Source of the DNA: Bilabrum cf. latius
Lineage: Eukaryota
Direction of reading: 5' to 3'
DNA length: 64,000 bases
NCBI GenBank assembly: GCA_965178125.1
Contig: OZ237738.1
Coordinates: forward strand, 806,001-870,000
Of this stretch, positions 25,901 to 38,137 are shown piece after piece (within the stretch, counting starts at the first letter, position 1; each line of letters opens with the position of its first letter). A program made the translations under genes and the position numbers. The notes under the pieces were generated by a model. That model saw only the letters and a program-made list of their open reading frames with translations. It was not told the DNA's origin and searched no databases.

Positions 25901-26607
25901 TACGGGCCATGTGGGCTTCCGCGACCTTCTTTTCGTCCATCACGCGAGCCAGGCTTTGCGCCCAACGAAGCATCTCGTCTTCTTTCCTGCAGCAAAACTT
26001 GTACTGTCGCTCGGACGTGTCGATGCTGAACACATGATTGAATGGCGGCGCCTTGATACTTAAGAAGCTGAAGTTCCGCCGCGTCTTTGCTGCATCTACT
26101 CTTGCTGCGATGTTTAAGTTGCTTTAAACATATATCAATGTATAGTGAAGTGAGCGAGCCGGGAGGAAGATGCTGCTGGAGACGGCGAGGGCCAGATTGC
26201 AGCAGCAGCCAAGACTCACACCGACCAACTCTTAGGACGCCGTTGCGCAAAACTATGGCAGTCCCATTCTTGCGTCGAATAGCTTCAGACTTGCTGTCGT
26301 AGTAATACATGATCCGTCCTCCATCGTGAACGCACCACCTGCGACCTCGGCGGAAGATCGGTGGAAACCGAACAAAAGTTGCATGCAACCAAACGGGGCT
26401 AAAAGAGAAAGCAGTAACTGGACGAAGATTTGTAAAATAGCCCATGTACCAAGCTCACCTGTACGACCATTCCGTGTGCTGCGCGTTAATCTTCAAGAGC
26501 TTGCCAAACACAGTGCTTCCCTCGAAACCCAGCTTCTCGTTCAGTTCCTTCCTCTCTTCAATGGTCAGATCCTCCTCCTCAGTACCCCTAGAGGCACTGG
26601 ATGACAT
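10920..26607 (-). CDS. Giant ferlin-like multi-C2 protein (~5,100 aa) with N-terminal PH domain
   Basis: Twenty minus-strand ORFs from 25764 to 10989 share one frame (lower coordinates all divisible by 3) and are separated only by TAG. Ferlin-like segments: GPAWIAMYGSP..QYRGMVLVS; Y*LRINIFSARHLPAADKGGTSDPY; ILLEVWDKD..DRLG; LLGGFMVDLEQRW; LETRTL..GSVQCWVDI..EIRVVVW; GFFNWRM; GTGREAPNALPYLKDP. PH motif at the N-terminus (GKLLK..WSYRWCV..IMYY..FSIDTSERQYKFCC..EMLRWAQSL) split by two short introns. Ends at TAA 10920-10922. Confidence 0.85.
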
Positions 26608-26776
26608 GGGATTCGCGCACGTTTCGCAAGGCTGCCCGAATCTAGCTCCAAGCTGTGAACTACCCATCCGATCGCCGGATTCTTGGTTGCGACCGCTCGC
26701 GGTGAATTTTCAAGATGAAGAAAATAATAGAGTCAGTCAAATTCGAATCACACGATGGGTTACAAGTGCCACTAAA

Positions 26777-29700
26777 TCACAAAACCAGATCAAGATACGA
26801 GAGTGAGTACATCCTGACCACCTCATCTGGCTCATCCCCAGCGTCCACCTCATCCTCTTCGCCTTCCCCCATCGCAGCCTGGCCCTCTCCCCCTACCTCT
26901 CCTTGGCCCTGCTTGGAGCCAGCTGCGGGGGCGGCCCGAGGGACCCACGGCAACGAGAAGGCTTCGTCTGCGTCCTGCAGCGCCAAGGCAACGCCGTCCA
27001 TCTCCCCGCCGTCCTCCACGATCCCGAGCCTGCGGCCGGACCGTCGACCAGCCTGCCCGGAGGCAGGCGCGACCCCGATCTCCACGTGGCCCCCGCCCTT
27101 CGCGATCGCAACGCGGTCCGAAAGACCCAGCAGGTCGCGCGTGGCGCGCCGTTCGAGCCATCTCTCGTACCGCATGGCCCGCCTCAGGTCACTCCACCTC
27201 TCGTCGGGCAGCCGAGGGTAGTACGGCGTCAGCTGGCCCGAGGCATACACGTACAGGTTGTTGTACAGCTTCCAAAACGCTTCGCGCACGCGCCTTGCCG
27301 GGTGGAAGAGCCCCTGCAGGCAGTACTGAAGGATCCTTGCCGGGCCCAAGCTCACCCGAAGCCCCTCGAGTGCCTCGTACACTGCCTGCACCGAGTGCGA
27401 GTGCGTTTCGAACATGTTCGGCATCGAGTAGTTGAGAAGGTGCAGCAGCGCGTCTTCGCACGCGGCTCCCTCGCACCCCAGAGCGAGGTGCTTCACCGTC
27501 GCGCAGGCCGTTTGCCTGTGCACCCTGTCCCTGTCCATGAGCGCGTTCTGAAGCAGGGGCGACACGGCGTACACGTAGTCCCTGGCTTGCTCCCCGATGT
27601 ACGTGAACATGAATGACAGCGCCTTGAGGACCCCGTTCTGGACGTTGAGGTCCGGGGTCCTGTACTCGTTCATCAGGGCAGGGATGACAGTGTAGGGACC
27701 GGCCTTGTCGGCGACAATGGCCATGGCGACCGTGGTGGACACGCGGTTGGTTCTGTCCGGCACCCTGAGGTTGTTCATGAGCACGTGCAGCACGTCCTGA
27801 GAGCCGATCGCCACAGCAATGTGACCCAGCGCGTGCACCGTGGCCTGCCTGATCTTTCTCCTGCGGGCCGTCATGAACTCGAGGAGGTCGTAGGTGACCC
27901 GCATCCACTCCTTCTCGTGGACCTTGCGCGCGCCCCGCTGCGCCACGTTGCCCACGAGACCAATGATGGCCTCCTGCACGGCCTAGTGCCTGTTCTTCAG
28001 AATCGGCGTCACGCGGGGCAGGAGCTCCTCCACCGGCGGCTTGAGGCTGTCGGGACTCACCGACTCCACCACCGCGGCGAGGCCGTCCAGCACAGAGGCC
28101 AGCGCTTCCGGGAACTCCTCACCGAGGCATTCGTACAGCAGCTGGCCAAGCAGGGCCACGCTCTCCTCCTCACCGCAAGCAACGAGGTGCTGCGCCAAGC
28201 GAGCCACGAGAGCGGCAGCCTGGGACCGGACGGTCGCGCTCTTGTTGTCCAGTCTCCACTCGATCACCTTCTTAATCTGAGGCACGTACGGCCTAGCCCT
28301 CTCCCCCAGCACGTCCATCACGGTTGCAAAGCCCCTGAGGATGACCTCGGAGGGAGAGAACCTCCAAGTGCCGCCCTCCTCGGCCCCCGAGCCAGGCGAC
28401 CCCTGCTCCTGGAATGCGTACAGCACGCCGTCCACGAGCTGCTCCTCGAGCCTCGGGGACACCTGGTCCACGCCCAGCTCCGTGAGAACGCGCGTGATGC
28501 ACTCCATGACCATGCGCCTGTACGGCTCCAGCTCGTCCTTCAGGTCGTCCACGAGGCGACCCAGCACCTCGCCGGCCCCGATGAGTCTGGCGAGGGCCAG
28601 GGTGGTATCCGTCAGCTGCCTCGAATCCCTCGGGTTCATCGCCATGCGGCGCACCCAGAAAGCGTCAAAATACTCCGGCACCACATTCTCCATGACAAAC
28701 TCCCGCGTGACTCCTTCGGAGCTCACAGACTGCTGCAGCACGTGCAGCACCACCCGGCGCATCTCGTCGTCTTGCGTCCGGAACTCGCGGGCCAGCACGG
28801 GCATGATCTCCTGGAAGCAGAAGGGGGCATACTGCTCGTCCATGAGGGGCAGGATGTGACCCACGGCGCCGAGGAAAGCCGCAAGCGTGCGGCCCGAATG
28901 CTTCCCGACGCCCACGAGCAGAGGCTTCATGATGGAGTCGAATACCTCCACCCCGAACGGGTGCGCTGCCTTCGCTAGGGCCCCGACGGCCTGTGCTGCC
29001 ATCTGCCTCACCTTGATCTGCTCGTCCGACAAGCCTGCCCCAATGGCCGCGACCAGGCCCGGAAGGTGAGGCAGCACGCCGACTCCCGCCAGGATGGCCA
29101 CCTGCTGCACGACCTTGCAGCCCGTGTGCCGCGCCTTCCAGCTGCCCTTGGACCCGCACACCGCCCGCAGGAACGGGAGAACCTCCACGAGGCCTAACGC
29201 CACTGCGACCACAGCCAGAGCTCGCGCGGTCGTGTTCCTCACGTACTCCTGGTCGTGGTCGATGTCGGTCCGCACCGTCGCAATCATCGTGGCGAGGCCC
29301 GCCGCCTTGGCCAGGTTCGAAATCACGTCTCTTGCCTCTGCGCGCGCGAAGAAATCCTCGTCGATCAGCATCGGGGCCACCGCCGCAAGGATCCTGTGCG
29401 CGTACGTCTTCACGCCGTCCTGCAGCTCTAGCAGCAGCCTGTCCAGCACCTTGACCAGGGCATGCCTCTCCTCGTCCTCAAGAGAATGAGCTCGGAGCAG
29501 AGGCAGCAGCTGGTCGAGGACGGGCTTCGCGCCCCACTCCGATGCCTTCTTGCCCAGAGTGCGGGCACCCGAACGCCTCTGGACGGGGTCGCCGTTCTTG
29601 ACCTGCAGCAGGCACTTGGTGACCTCGCGCGAGACCAGCTCGGCTGCCGTCAGCTCCGCCTCCGCCTGCTCTTCGTTCATGTCGAGCAGGCTGCCGAAGA

Positions 29701-31332
29701 ACTGCATGTCCTCGGGAGGGATGAACGGCAAAGAGCCGCCGTCGGGCGCCAGGCCGATCTTGCCGGCCTGCTCGTCGGCATCCAGGCCGTACCCGTCCGA
29801 CTCGCCCCTGCCCACCGCCTCCTCGTCCGGGTCCTGGATGGTGAATCCCGGCGTGGCGGCCGGGGTGGGCGTGGCCAGAAGCTTCCTGGTCGGTGTGACG
29901 AGTGGTTTGTAGTCCTGGGGCTCCTCCAGCACGGCATACCCCTCCGAGGGCAGCATGGCGTCAAGCTCCTCGTCCGTCAGCGGACGGTTCCGCTCCAGCA
30001 GCTCTCGCTCGAACTTGGTCAGCGTCTGGCCGCCCGCCGCCGCCGCCCCCTCGGCCCCGGAGCCGGATCCGTACGTCCTGGGGCCCTGTCCCGATCCCGA
30101 GGCAGCCCCTCCTGCTGGGGTCTGCACGCCGAGGCCGGCCAGCTGGCTGGCGAGGGGCGTGGCAGCCGCGGCGAGGCCAACCCCTGCCGCCGGTGTGGCT
30201 GCACCGATGGAGGAGGAGCCGAACGCAGGGGTGGGCGCGCCGGGGGCCAGTGTTCCCCCGCTGGCGGTTGCAACCGTGTGGCTGGAGGAGGGGTCTCTCC
30301 CGGCGATGCCTGCTGCGAGGCTTGGCGCGGGCGTTGCGTCCCAGCGGGATCGCTTCTTGCCGATCTGCGGCTGGGGCTGCGGCGCAGCATTGTGTGACGA
30401 GTGCGACTGCCCTGTGCTGGTTTCGAGCTGCTGCTGCTGCTGCTGCGCCACGACTTCCTGGAGGCTCGCCACGGGGGTGGCCCACCGTGACTTGCGCGGC
30501 GCCGGTTCCGCGGGCGTACCAGAGTTGGAGCTGGAGCTGGTGGTAGCCCCGGCCGCAGCGGAGGACGAGGAGGAGGAGGAGGCTGATTCTGTCACCTGGT
30601 CACTGTGCGCGGTCTAGGGCAGCGTGGGTGGGACGGGCAGCCCCGCTGCCGGCGCCAGCGCACTTTTCTGCGGTCCCAAAGATGCGATACTAGCAGCAGC
30701 AGCTGTGGAGGGGCCCTGATCCCACCGCCGCCTGTGTCTCCTCCGGCCCGGAGCTGGCGCAGCAGCAGCTTGCGTTCCTGAGGCCTGGCTGCTAGCAGAA
30801 GCAGGAGCAGCCCCGCCGTCTTCCGTGCTTAAATCGGTGTGGTTTGCCTTTATTTGTGATTCTAGCTTCTTCTTCTCCCTCTCGATCAGCTGCGCCTGCA
30901 TGGCTGCCTGGTAGCCCCCCTCCTCGTGATCGGTTGATTCCTCGCGCATAAATCTTCTCCTCTTGTACTGCGGCGCCCAAAAGAGAAAATTACTATCAAA
31001 AACTATGGGTGACAAGGAGCACATACCAATAATGCTGTATCTGTGCCTTGGCAGTACGTGCGTAAGCTCACGTCGTCTTCCCGGTCCACAATTCGCGTGT
31101 TTACAACACCGGAGCCCATCTCTGCCTTGTACTTAGCCATGGGATCTTCTTCTCCATCGCCCTTGGCAATTCCATCGGCAGCCATCTCTGCTTGGCGAGC
31201 GAGTCTATCGCGTTCAATGGCTGCCAGTGTTGCCGGGTGGGAAGGGCCCCCGGCTCCCGTATCGAAGTCCTCATCGTCAACCTCCATTTCGACCTAACCC
31301 GTGGTGGCATCGCGATTCTTTTCGAAATCCAT
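26777..31332 (-). CDS. SF3B1: Splicing factor 3B subunit 1 (SF3b155)
   Basis: IVDREDD/YKRRR across intron 30968-31071; RRRWD, KSRW and RSRWDATP motifs; [69 protein letters not shown]. In-frame TAGs at 31294, 30614 and 27983. Ends at TGA. Confidence 0.97.
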
Positions 31333-31381
31333 ACCGAGAATTGGCGCTGCTTTCCTGCAGGGCAGAACAATTGCGACTTGT

Positions 31382-31531
31382 TGTGCCATTGGTATACTAC
31401 TAGTTCCGGGATAAGAGCTCCAAGACCAGTGATAGCGTGCCAATACTGGTATACGATCCGCGCACCACGAACGCGAAGAAGCGAGCATCACGAGTGGAAT
31501 CCGAGAAGAAAGGAGAACAGAGAAAAATTTC
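31382..31531 (+). repeat. Split direct repeat A1 (150 bp)
   Basis: TGTGCCATTGGTATACTACTAG...GAGAAAAATTTC, repeated at 37058-37207. Confidence 0.95.
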
Positions 31532-31805
31532 GAGGCTTACCGGAATCAATGGGGAGTTACTGTTAAGCCAGCTTGTCAGGATGCCAGCTAAGCCTCAGGA
31601 CAAACAAGTCAGAGGCCGGCGACAAACTGCAAGCAGACCTTAAAGTGACACACGCGACAGCTAGCCTGCAAAACAGTAATAGTGGTACCGTATCCGAGGG
31701 ACTTAAAAATTGCAATTATGATACTGTTGAAATAGCGCCCACGGCGTGGTCTCCCTCCGTTAAGAATTCTCTCCTTGGGCGCGGACCTCGCGATCGGCAA
31801 TAAAC

Positions 31806-34800
31806 ACTGAGCGGCGCGAGCTGCACCAGCATCTCTGCATTGTGCTGTTTGGTTTTGCTTGTGTGGCGCTCGCTGCCTGGGCTCCCTTCGTTGACCTTGT
31901 CCGCCTTGGGCGTGGGTCAGCGGGGAGGACTGAGCGGCGCGAGCTGCGCCAGCATCTCTGCATTTGTGCTGTTTGGTTTTGCTTGTGCGGCGCCCGCTGC
32001 CTGGTCTCCCTTCGTTGACCTTGTCCGCCTTGGGCGTGGGTCAGCGGGGAGGACTGAGCGGCGCGAGCTGCACCAGCATCTCTGCATTTGTGCTGTTTGG
32101 TTTTGCTTGTGCGGCGCTCGCTGCCTGGGCTTCCTTCGTTGACCTTGTCCGCCTTGGGCGTGGGTCAGCGGGGAGGACTGAGCGGCGCGAGCTGCACCAG
32201 CATCTCTGCATTTGTGCTGTTTGGTTTTGCTTGTGTGGCGCTCGCTGCCTGGGCTTCCTTTGTTGACCTTGTCCGCCTTGGGCGTGGGTCAGCGGGGAGG
32301 ACTGAGCGGCGTGAGCTGCGCCAGCATCTCTGCATTGTGCTGTTTGGTTTTGCTTGTGCGGCGCTCGCTGCCTGGGCTCCCTTCGTTGACCTTGTCCGCC
32401 TTGGGCGTGGGTCAGCGGGGAGGACTGAGCGGCGCGAGCTGCGCCAGCATCTCTGCATTGTGCTGTTTGGTTTTGCTTGTGCGGCGCTCGCTGCCTGGGC
32501 TTCCTTCGTTGACCTTGTCCGCCTTGGGCGTGGGTCAGCGTAGAGGACTAAGCGGCGCGAGCTGCACCAGCATCTCTGCATTTGTGCTGTTTGGTTTTGC
32601 TTGTGCGGCGCTCGCTGCCTGGGCTTCCTTCGTTGACCTTGTCCGCCTTGGGCGTGGGTCAGCGGGGAGGACTGAGCGGCGCGAGCTGCGCCAGCATCTC
32701 TGCATTTGTGCTGTTTGGTTTTGCTTGTGCGGCGCTCGCTGCCTGGGCTTCCTTCGTTGACCTTGTCCGCCTTGGGCGTGGGTCAGCGGGGAGGACTGAG
32801 CGGCGCGAGCTGCACCAGCATCTCTGCATTTGTGCTGTTTGGGCTGGCTTGTGTGGTACTCGCTGCCTGGGCTTCCTTCGTTGACCTTGTCCGCCTTGGG
32901 CGTGGGTCAGCGGGGAGGACTGCGCGGCGCGAGCTGCACCAGCATCTCTGCATTTGTGCTGTTTGGTTTTGCTTGTGCGGCGCTCGCTGCCTGGGCTTCC
33001 TTCGTTGACCTTGTCCGCCTTGGGCGTGGGTCAGCGGGGAGGACTGAGCGGCGCGAGCTGCACCAGCATCTCTGCATTGTGCTGTTTGGTTTTGCTTGTG
33101 CGGCGCTCGCTGCCTGGGCTTCCTTCGTTGACCTTGTCCGCCTTGGGCGTGGGTCAGCGGGGAGGACTGAGCGGCGCGAGCTGCACCAGCATCTCTGCAT
33201 TTGTGCTGTTTGGTTTTGCTTGTGTGGCGCTCGCTGCCTGGGCTCCCTTCGTTGACCTTGTCCGCCTTGGGCGTGGGTCAGCGGGGAGGACTGAGCGGCG
33301 CGAGCTGCACCAGCATCTCTGCATTTGTGCTGTTTGGTTTTGCTTGTGCGGCGCTCGCTGCCTGGGCTTCCTTCGTTGACCTTGTCCGCCTTGGGCGTGG
33401 GTCAGCGGGGAGGACTGAGCGGCGCGAGCTGCACCAGCATCTCTGCATTGTGCTGTTTGGTTTTGCTTGTGCGGCGCCCGCTGCCTGGGCTTCCTTCGTT
33501 GACCTTGTCCGCCTTGGGCGTGGGTCAGCGGGGAGGACTGAGCGGCGCGAGCTGCACCAGCATCTCTGCATTGTTGCTGTTTGGGCTGGCTTGTGCGGCG
33601 CTCGCTGCCTGGTCTCCCTTCGTTGACCTTGTCCGCCTTGGGCGTGGGTCAGCGGGGAGGACTGAGCGGCGCGAGCTGCACCAGCATCTCTGCATTGTGC
33701 TGTTTGGTTTTGCTTGTGCGGCGCTCGCTGCCTGGGCTTCCTTCGTTGACCTTGTCCGCCTTGGGCGTGGGTCAGCGGGGAGGACTGAGCGGCGCGAGCT
33801 GCACCAGCATCTCTGCATTGTGCTGTTTGGTTTTGCTTGTGCGGCGCTCGCTGCCTGGGCTTCCTTCGTTGACCTTGTCCGCCTTGGGCGTGGGTCAGCG
33901 GGGAGGACTGAGCGGCGCGAGCTGCGCCAGCATCTCTGCATTGTGCTGTTTGGTTTTGCTTGTGCGGCGCTCGCTGCCTGGTCTCCCTTCGTTGACCTTG
34001 TCCGCCTTGGGCGTGGGTCAGCGGGGAGGACTGAGCGGCGCGAGCTGCACCAGCATCTCTGCATTGTGCTGTTTGGTTTTGCTTGTGCGGCGCTCGCTGC
34101 CTGGGCTTCCTTCGTTGACCTTGTCCGCCTTGGGCGTGGGTCAGCGGGGAGGACTGAGCGGCGCGAGCTGCACCAGCATCTCTGCATTTGTGCTGTTTGG
34201 TTTTGCTTGTGCGGCGCTCGCTGCCTGGGCTTCCTTCGTTGACCTTGTCCGCCTTGGGCGTGGGTCAGCGGGGAGGACTGAGCGGCGCGAGCTGCACCAG
34301 CATCTCTGCATTGTGCTGTTTGGTTTTGCTTGTGCGGCGCTCGCTGCCTGGGCTTCCTTCGTTGACCTTGTCCGCCTTGGGCGTGGGTCAGCGGGGAGGA
34401 CTGAGCGGCGCGAGCTGCACCAGCATCTCGGCATTTGTGCTGTTTGGTTTTGCTTGTGCGGCGCCCGCTGCCTGGGCTTCCTTCGTTGACCTTGTCCGCC
34501 TTGGGCGTGGGTCAGCGGGGAGGACTGAGCGGCGCGAGCTGCACCAGCATCTCTGCATTTGTGCTGTTTGGGCTGGCTTGTGCGGCACTCGCTGCCTGGG
34601 CTTCCTTCGTTGACCTTGTCCGCCTTGGGCGTGGGTCAGCGGGGAGGACTGAGCGGCGCGAGCTGCACCAGCATCTCTGCATTGTGCTGTTTGGTTTTGC
34701 TTGTGCGGCGCTCGCTGCCTGGGCTTCCTTCGTTGACCTTGTCCGCCTTGGGCGTGGGTCAGCGGGGAGGACTGAGCGGCGCGAGCTGCACCAGCATCTC

Positions 34801-36522
34801 TGCATTGTGCTGTTTGGTTTTGCTTGTGCGGCGCTCGCTGCCTGGGCTTCCTTCGTTGACCTTGTCCGCCTTGGGCGTGGGTCAGCGGGGAGGACTGAGC
34901 GGCGCGAGCTGCACCAGCATCTCTGCATTGTGCTGTTTGGTTTTGCTTGTGCGGCGCTCGCTGCCTGGGCTTCCTTCGTTGACCTTGTCCGCCTTGGGCG
35001 TGGGTCAGCGGGGAGGACTGAGCGGCGCGAGCTGCACCAGCATCTCTGCATTGTGCTGTTTGGTTTTGCTTGTGCGGCGCTCGCTGCCTGGGCTTCCTTC
35101 GTTGACCTTGTCCGCCTTGGGCGTGGGTCAGCGGGGAGGACTGAGCGGCGCGAGCTGCACCAGCATCTCGGCATTGTGCTGTTTGGTTTTGCTTGTGCGG
35201 CGCCCGCTGCCTGGGCTTCCTTCGTTGACCTTGTCCGCCTTGGGCGTGGGTCAGCGGGGAGGACTGAGCGGCGCGAGCTGCGCCAGCATCTCTGCATTGT
35301 GCTGTTTGGTTTTGCTTGTGCGGCGCTCGCTGCCTGGGCTTCCTTCGTTGACCTTGTCCGCCTTGGGCGTGGGTCAGCGGGGAGGACTGAGCGGCGCGAG
35401 CTGCACCAGCATCTCTGCACTGTGCTGTTTGGTTTTGCTTGTGCGGCGCTCGCTGCCTGGGCTTCCTTCGTTGACCTTGTCCGCCTTGGGCGTGGGTCAG
35501 CGGGGAGGACTGAGCGGCGCGAGCTGCACCAGCATCTCTGCATTTGTGCTGTTTGGTTTTGCTTGTGCGGCGCTCGCTGCCTGGTCTCCCTTCGTTGACC
35601 TTGTCCGCCTTGGGCGTGGGTCAGCGGGGAGGACTGAGCGGCGCGAGCTGCACCAGCATCTCTGCATTTGTGCTGTTTGGGCTGGCTTGTGCGGCGCTCG
35701 CTGCCTGGGCTCCCTTCGTTGACCTTGTCCGCCTTGGGCGTGGGTCAGCGGGGAGGGCTGAGCGGCGCGAGCTGCACCAGCATCTCTGCATTGTGCTGTT
35801 TGGTTTTGCTTGTGCGGCGCTCGCTGCCTGGGCTTCCTTCGTTGACCTTGTCCGCCTTGGGCGTGGGTCAGCGGGGAGGACTGAGCGGCGCGAGCTGCAC
35901 CAGCATCTCTGCATTGTGCTGTTTGGTTTTGCTTGTGCGGCGCCCGCTGCCTGGGCTTCCTTCGTTGACCTTGTCCGCCTTGGGCGTGGGTCAGCGGGGA
36001 GGACTGAGCGGCGCGAGCTGCACCAGCATCTCGGCATTGTGCTGTTTGGTTTTGCTTGTGCGGCGCCCGCTGCCTGGGCTTCCTTCGTTGACCTTGTCCG
36101 CCTTGGGCGTGGGTCAGCGGGGAGGACTGCGCGGCGCGAGCTGCGCCAGCATCTCTGCATTTGTGCTGTTTGGTTTTGCTTGTGCGGCGCTCGCTGCCTG
36201 GGCTTCCTTCGTTGACCTTGTCCGCCTTGGGCGTGGGTCAGCGGGGAGGACTGCGCGGCGCGAGCTGCACCAGCATCTCTGCATTGTGCTGTTTGGTTTT
36301 GCTTGTGCGGCGCCCGCTGCCTGGGCTTCCCTCGTTGACCTTGTCCGCCTTGGGCGTGGGTCAGCGGGGAGGACTGAGCGGCGCGAGCTGCACCAGCATC
36401 TCTGCATTGTGCTGTTTGGTTTTGCTTGTGCGGCGCTCGCTGCCTGGGCTTCCTTCGTTGACCTTGTCCGCCTTGGGCGTGGGTCAGCGGGGAGGACTGA
36501 GCGGCGCGAGCTGCACCAGCAT
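31806..36522 (+). repeat. Tandem satellite of ~38 units of 123/124 bp
   Basis: Unit ACTGAGCGGCGCGAGCTGCACCAGCATCTCTGCATT(T)GTGCTGTTTGGTTTTGCTTGTGCGGCGCTCGCTGCCTGGGCTTCCTTCGTTGACCTTGTCCGCCTTGGGCGTGGGTCAGCGGGGAGG. A 1-bp indel (CATTG/CATTTG) shifts frame between copies. Confidence 0.97.
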
Positions 36523-36717
36523 GCATTCTCTGCTCTGTTGTAAAAGGGGAATGGACTGCATGACCCGCTTGATTTTGATTTTGATTTCTATTATTGATAT
36601 GCATCCTTTTATATTCATGTGGAGGTGCCATCTTGCATCTGTGGGATTTGGCACCCCACATGGGCCTCTTCCTAGCAATGGATGGACTGGCAATGCCAGG
36701 GGCTATTTCTGGGCCAA

Positions 36718-37207
36718 TGGGTGTCCCTGCGGCGGTTCGATGGGCGAACCACCAAGGGGGGGCCCAGTGTTGTTCCCTGACCAAGTGGTAGGCCGTCCCC
36801 AAAGTGGCGTGAATGGTCCGATCCACCTACCCAGCGGCCAGGGCAACACCAGCCAATACCACAGCGCCACGGAAGGAGGAGAGAAGTAGGAGAATGACGA
36901 CGACGTGCGACTGATACCGAGAACGAGGCGAGGCGAGCAGGAGACGAGAGCGAGGATGAACGGAGCACGGTCACGCGAGCCGGAGGGCAAGCGTGGCCGA
37001 GATGAGGGATGATTGCTACTAGTGACTGTGTCGGACGTAACCAGATAAGCGCCATCATGTGCCATTGGTATACTACTAGTTCCGGGATAAGAGCTCCAAG
37101 ACCAGTGATAGCGTGCCAATACTGGTATACGATCCGCGCACCACGAACGCGAAGAAGCGAGCATCACGAGTGGAATCCGAGAAGAAAGGAGAACAGAGAA
37201 AAATTTC
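36718..37207 (+). repeat. Internal B1-A2 junction (340-bp B1 directly followed by 150-bp A2)
   Basis: Junction ...AAGCGCCATCA|TGTGCCATTGG at 37057/37058 equals the element's right end joined to its left end. Confidence 0.93.
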
Positions 37208-37641
37208 AAAAAATTCGATTCTCATGCGAGACCTCCTCCCCCCATGAAGTCCTGGGGGGCAGGGGGGGGAGAAGGGACGAGAGCGAGAGGCCAGCGTGAC
37301 AGACGCGGTGGGACTTGGGCGCAGGACATGCGCGAGATACGACGGGCCATCTAGAGGAAACCGACGAGTCAGGCCACCTGACTGCTGCCTTTCGATAGGC
37401 TGATAATTGGGAGCAATAGCGAAGTTATCCGGACGTGGCCCAAGTCTGGGCCAGGCAGCAAGTAAGTAGCAGGTACCCGCGATGACGCAGCGAGCACGAG
37501 CGCAGCGGGGTCCAACAATGGGAACTAACCTCTCCCCTGCCCCCACTACCTATGTAACCAACCCCTTCCACATCTCGCAAAATAGCGAGGCAGATTGTGC
37601 ATTATCAGCTGACCAGGATCAGACGGGGACGAGGGCCGAGA

Positions 37642-38137
37642 CGTTGCGGACGGCAACGGAGCAGGGCCAGTAGGACCGTGCAGGAATGGATATCCAGGAT
37701 TGCACGGACCCGCCGGTGAGGCAGGGAGCCTCCACCCTTCGTCATCAGCCAGGGTGTGACTACGTAGTCACCCCTGGTGCTTGTACTTCACTGTTCAGCA
37801 CGGGTTTGCAAGCGGATGGCGTAGGGGGCCAGGGACTAGGCTTGAGTCCCCGTGGGACCATGATGTGGGAACCAAAACATCATTCAAGAACAGGTTCCGG
37901 TGACCCGGGTCTGACTCCGTTAGGCGGAGCTGTCGTCGAGTCGTTGCGGAGGGCAACGGAACAGGGCCAGTAGGACCGTGCAGGAATGGCCATCCAGGAT
38001 CGCACGGAGCTGCTGGTGAGGCAGGGAGCCTCCATCCTTCGTCATCAGCCAGGGTGTGACTCCGTGGTCACCCCTGGTGCTTGTACTTCACTGTTCAGCA
38101 CGGGTTTGCAAGCGGATGGCGTAGGGGGCCAGGGACT
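37642..38137 (+). repeat. Two diverged ~196-bp direct repeats with 300-bp period in the A2-B2 spacer
   Basis: CGTTGCGGA..GGCAACGGA..CAGGGCCAGTAGGACCGTGCAGGAATGG...GTAGGGGGCCAGGGACT at 37642 and 37942. Confidence 0.9.

Noticed and set aside
10920-26040. TAGs as intron acceptors, or the ~20 ORFs as separate genes
   Set aside because: All pieces are in one frame and the short gaps translate as continuous plausible protein. Several TAGs fall inside conserved domain motifs with no room for an intron.
17691-27985. Pyrrolysine insertion or A-to-I editing (UAG to Trp)
   Set aside because: TAGs are numerous, mostly in polar or low-complexity contexts, align to Q/E/K-type positions rather than Trp or catalytic sites, and interchange with CAG between paralogs.
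11844-30617. Numerous long plus-strand ORFs opposite the ferlin-like and SF3B1 genes
   Set aside because: Antisense shadows typical of GC-rich coding DNA, with no independent motifs.
31806-36522. CRISPR array
   Set aside because: Units are contiguous near-identical 123/124-mers with no unique spacers, there are no cas genes, and the context is eukaryotic.
31840-36889. Long ORFs on both strands across the satellite
   Set aside because: They are by-products of a stop-poor repeat. Frames switch at each 124-bp unit and no domain is recognisable.
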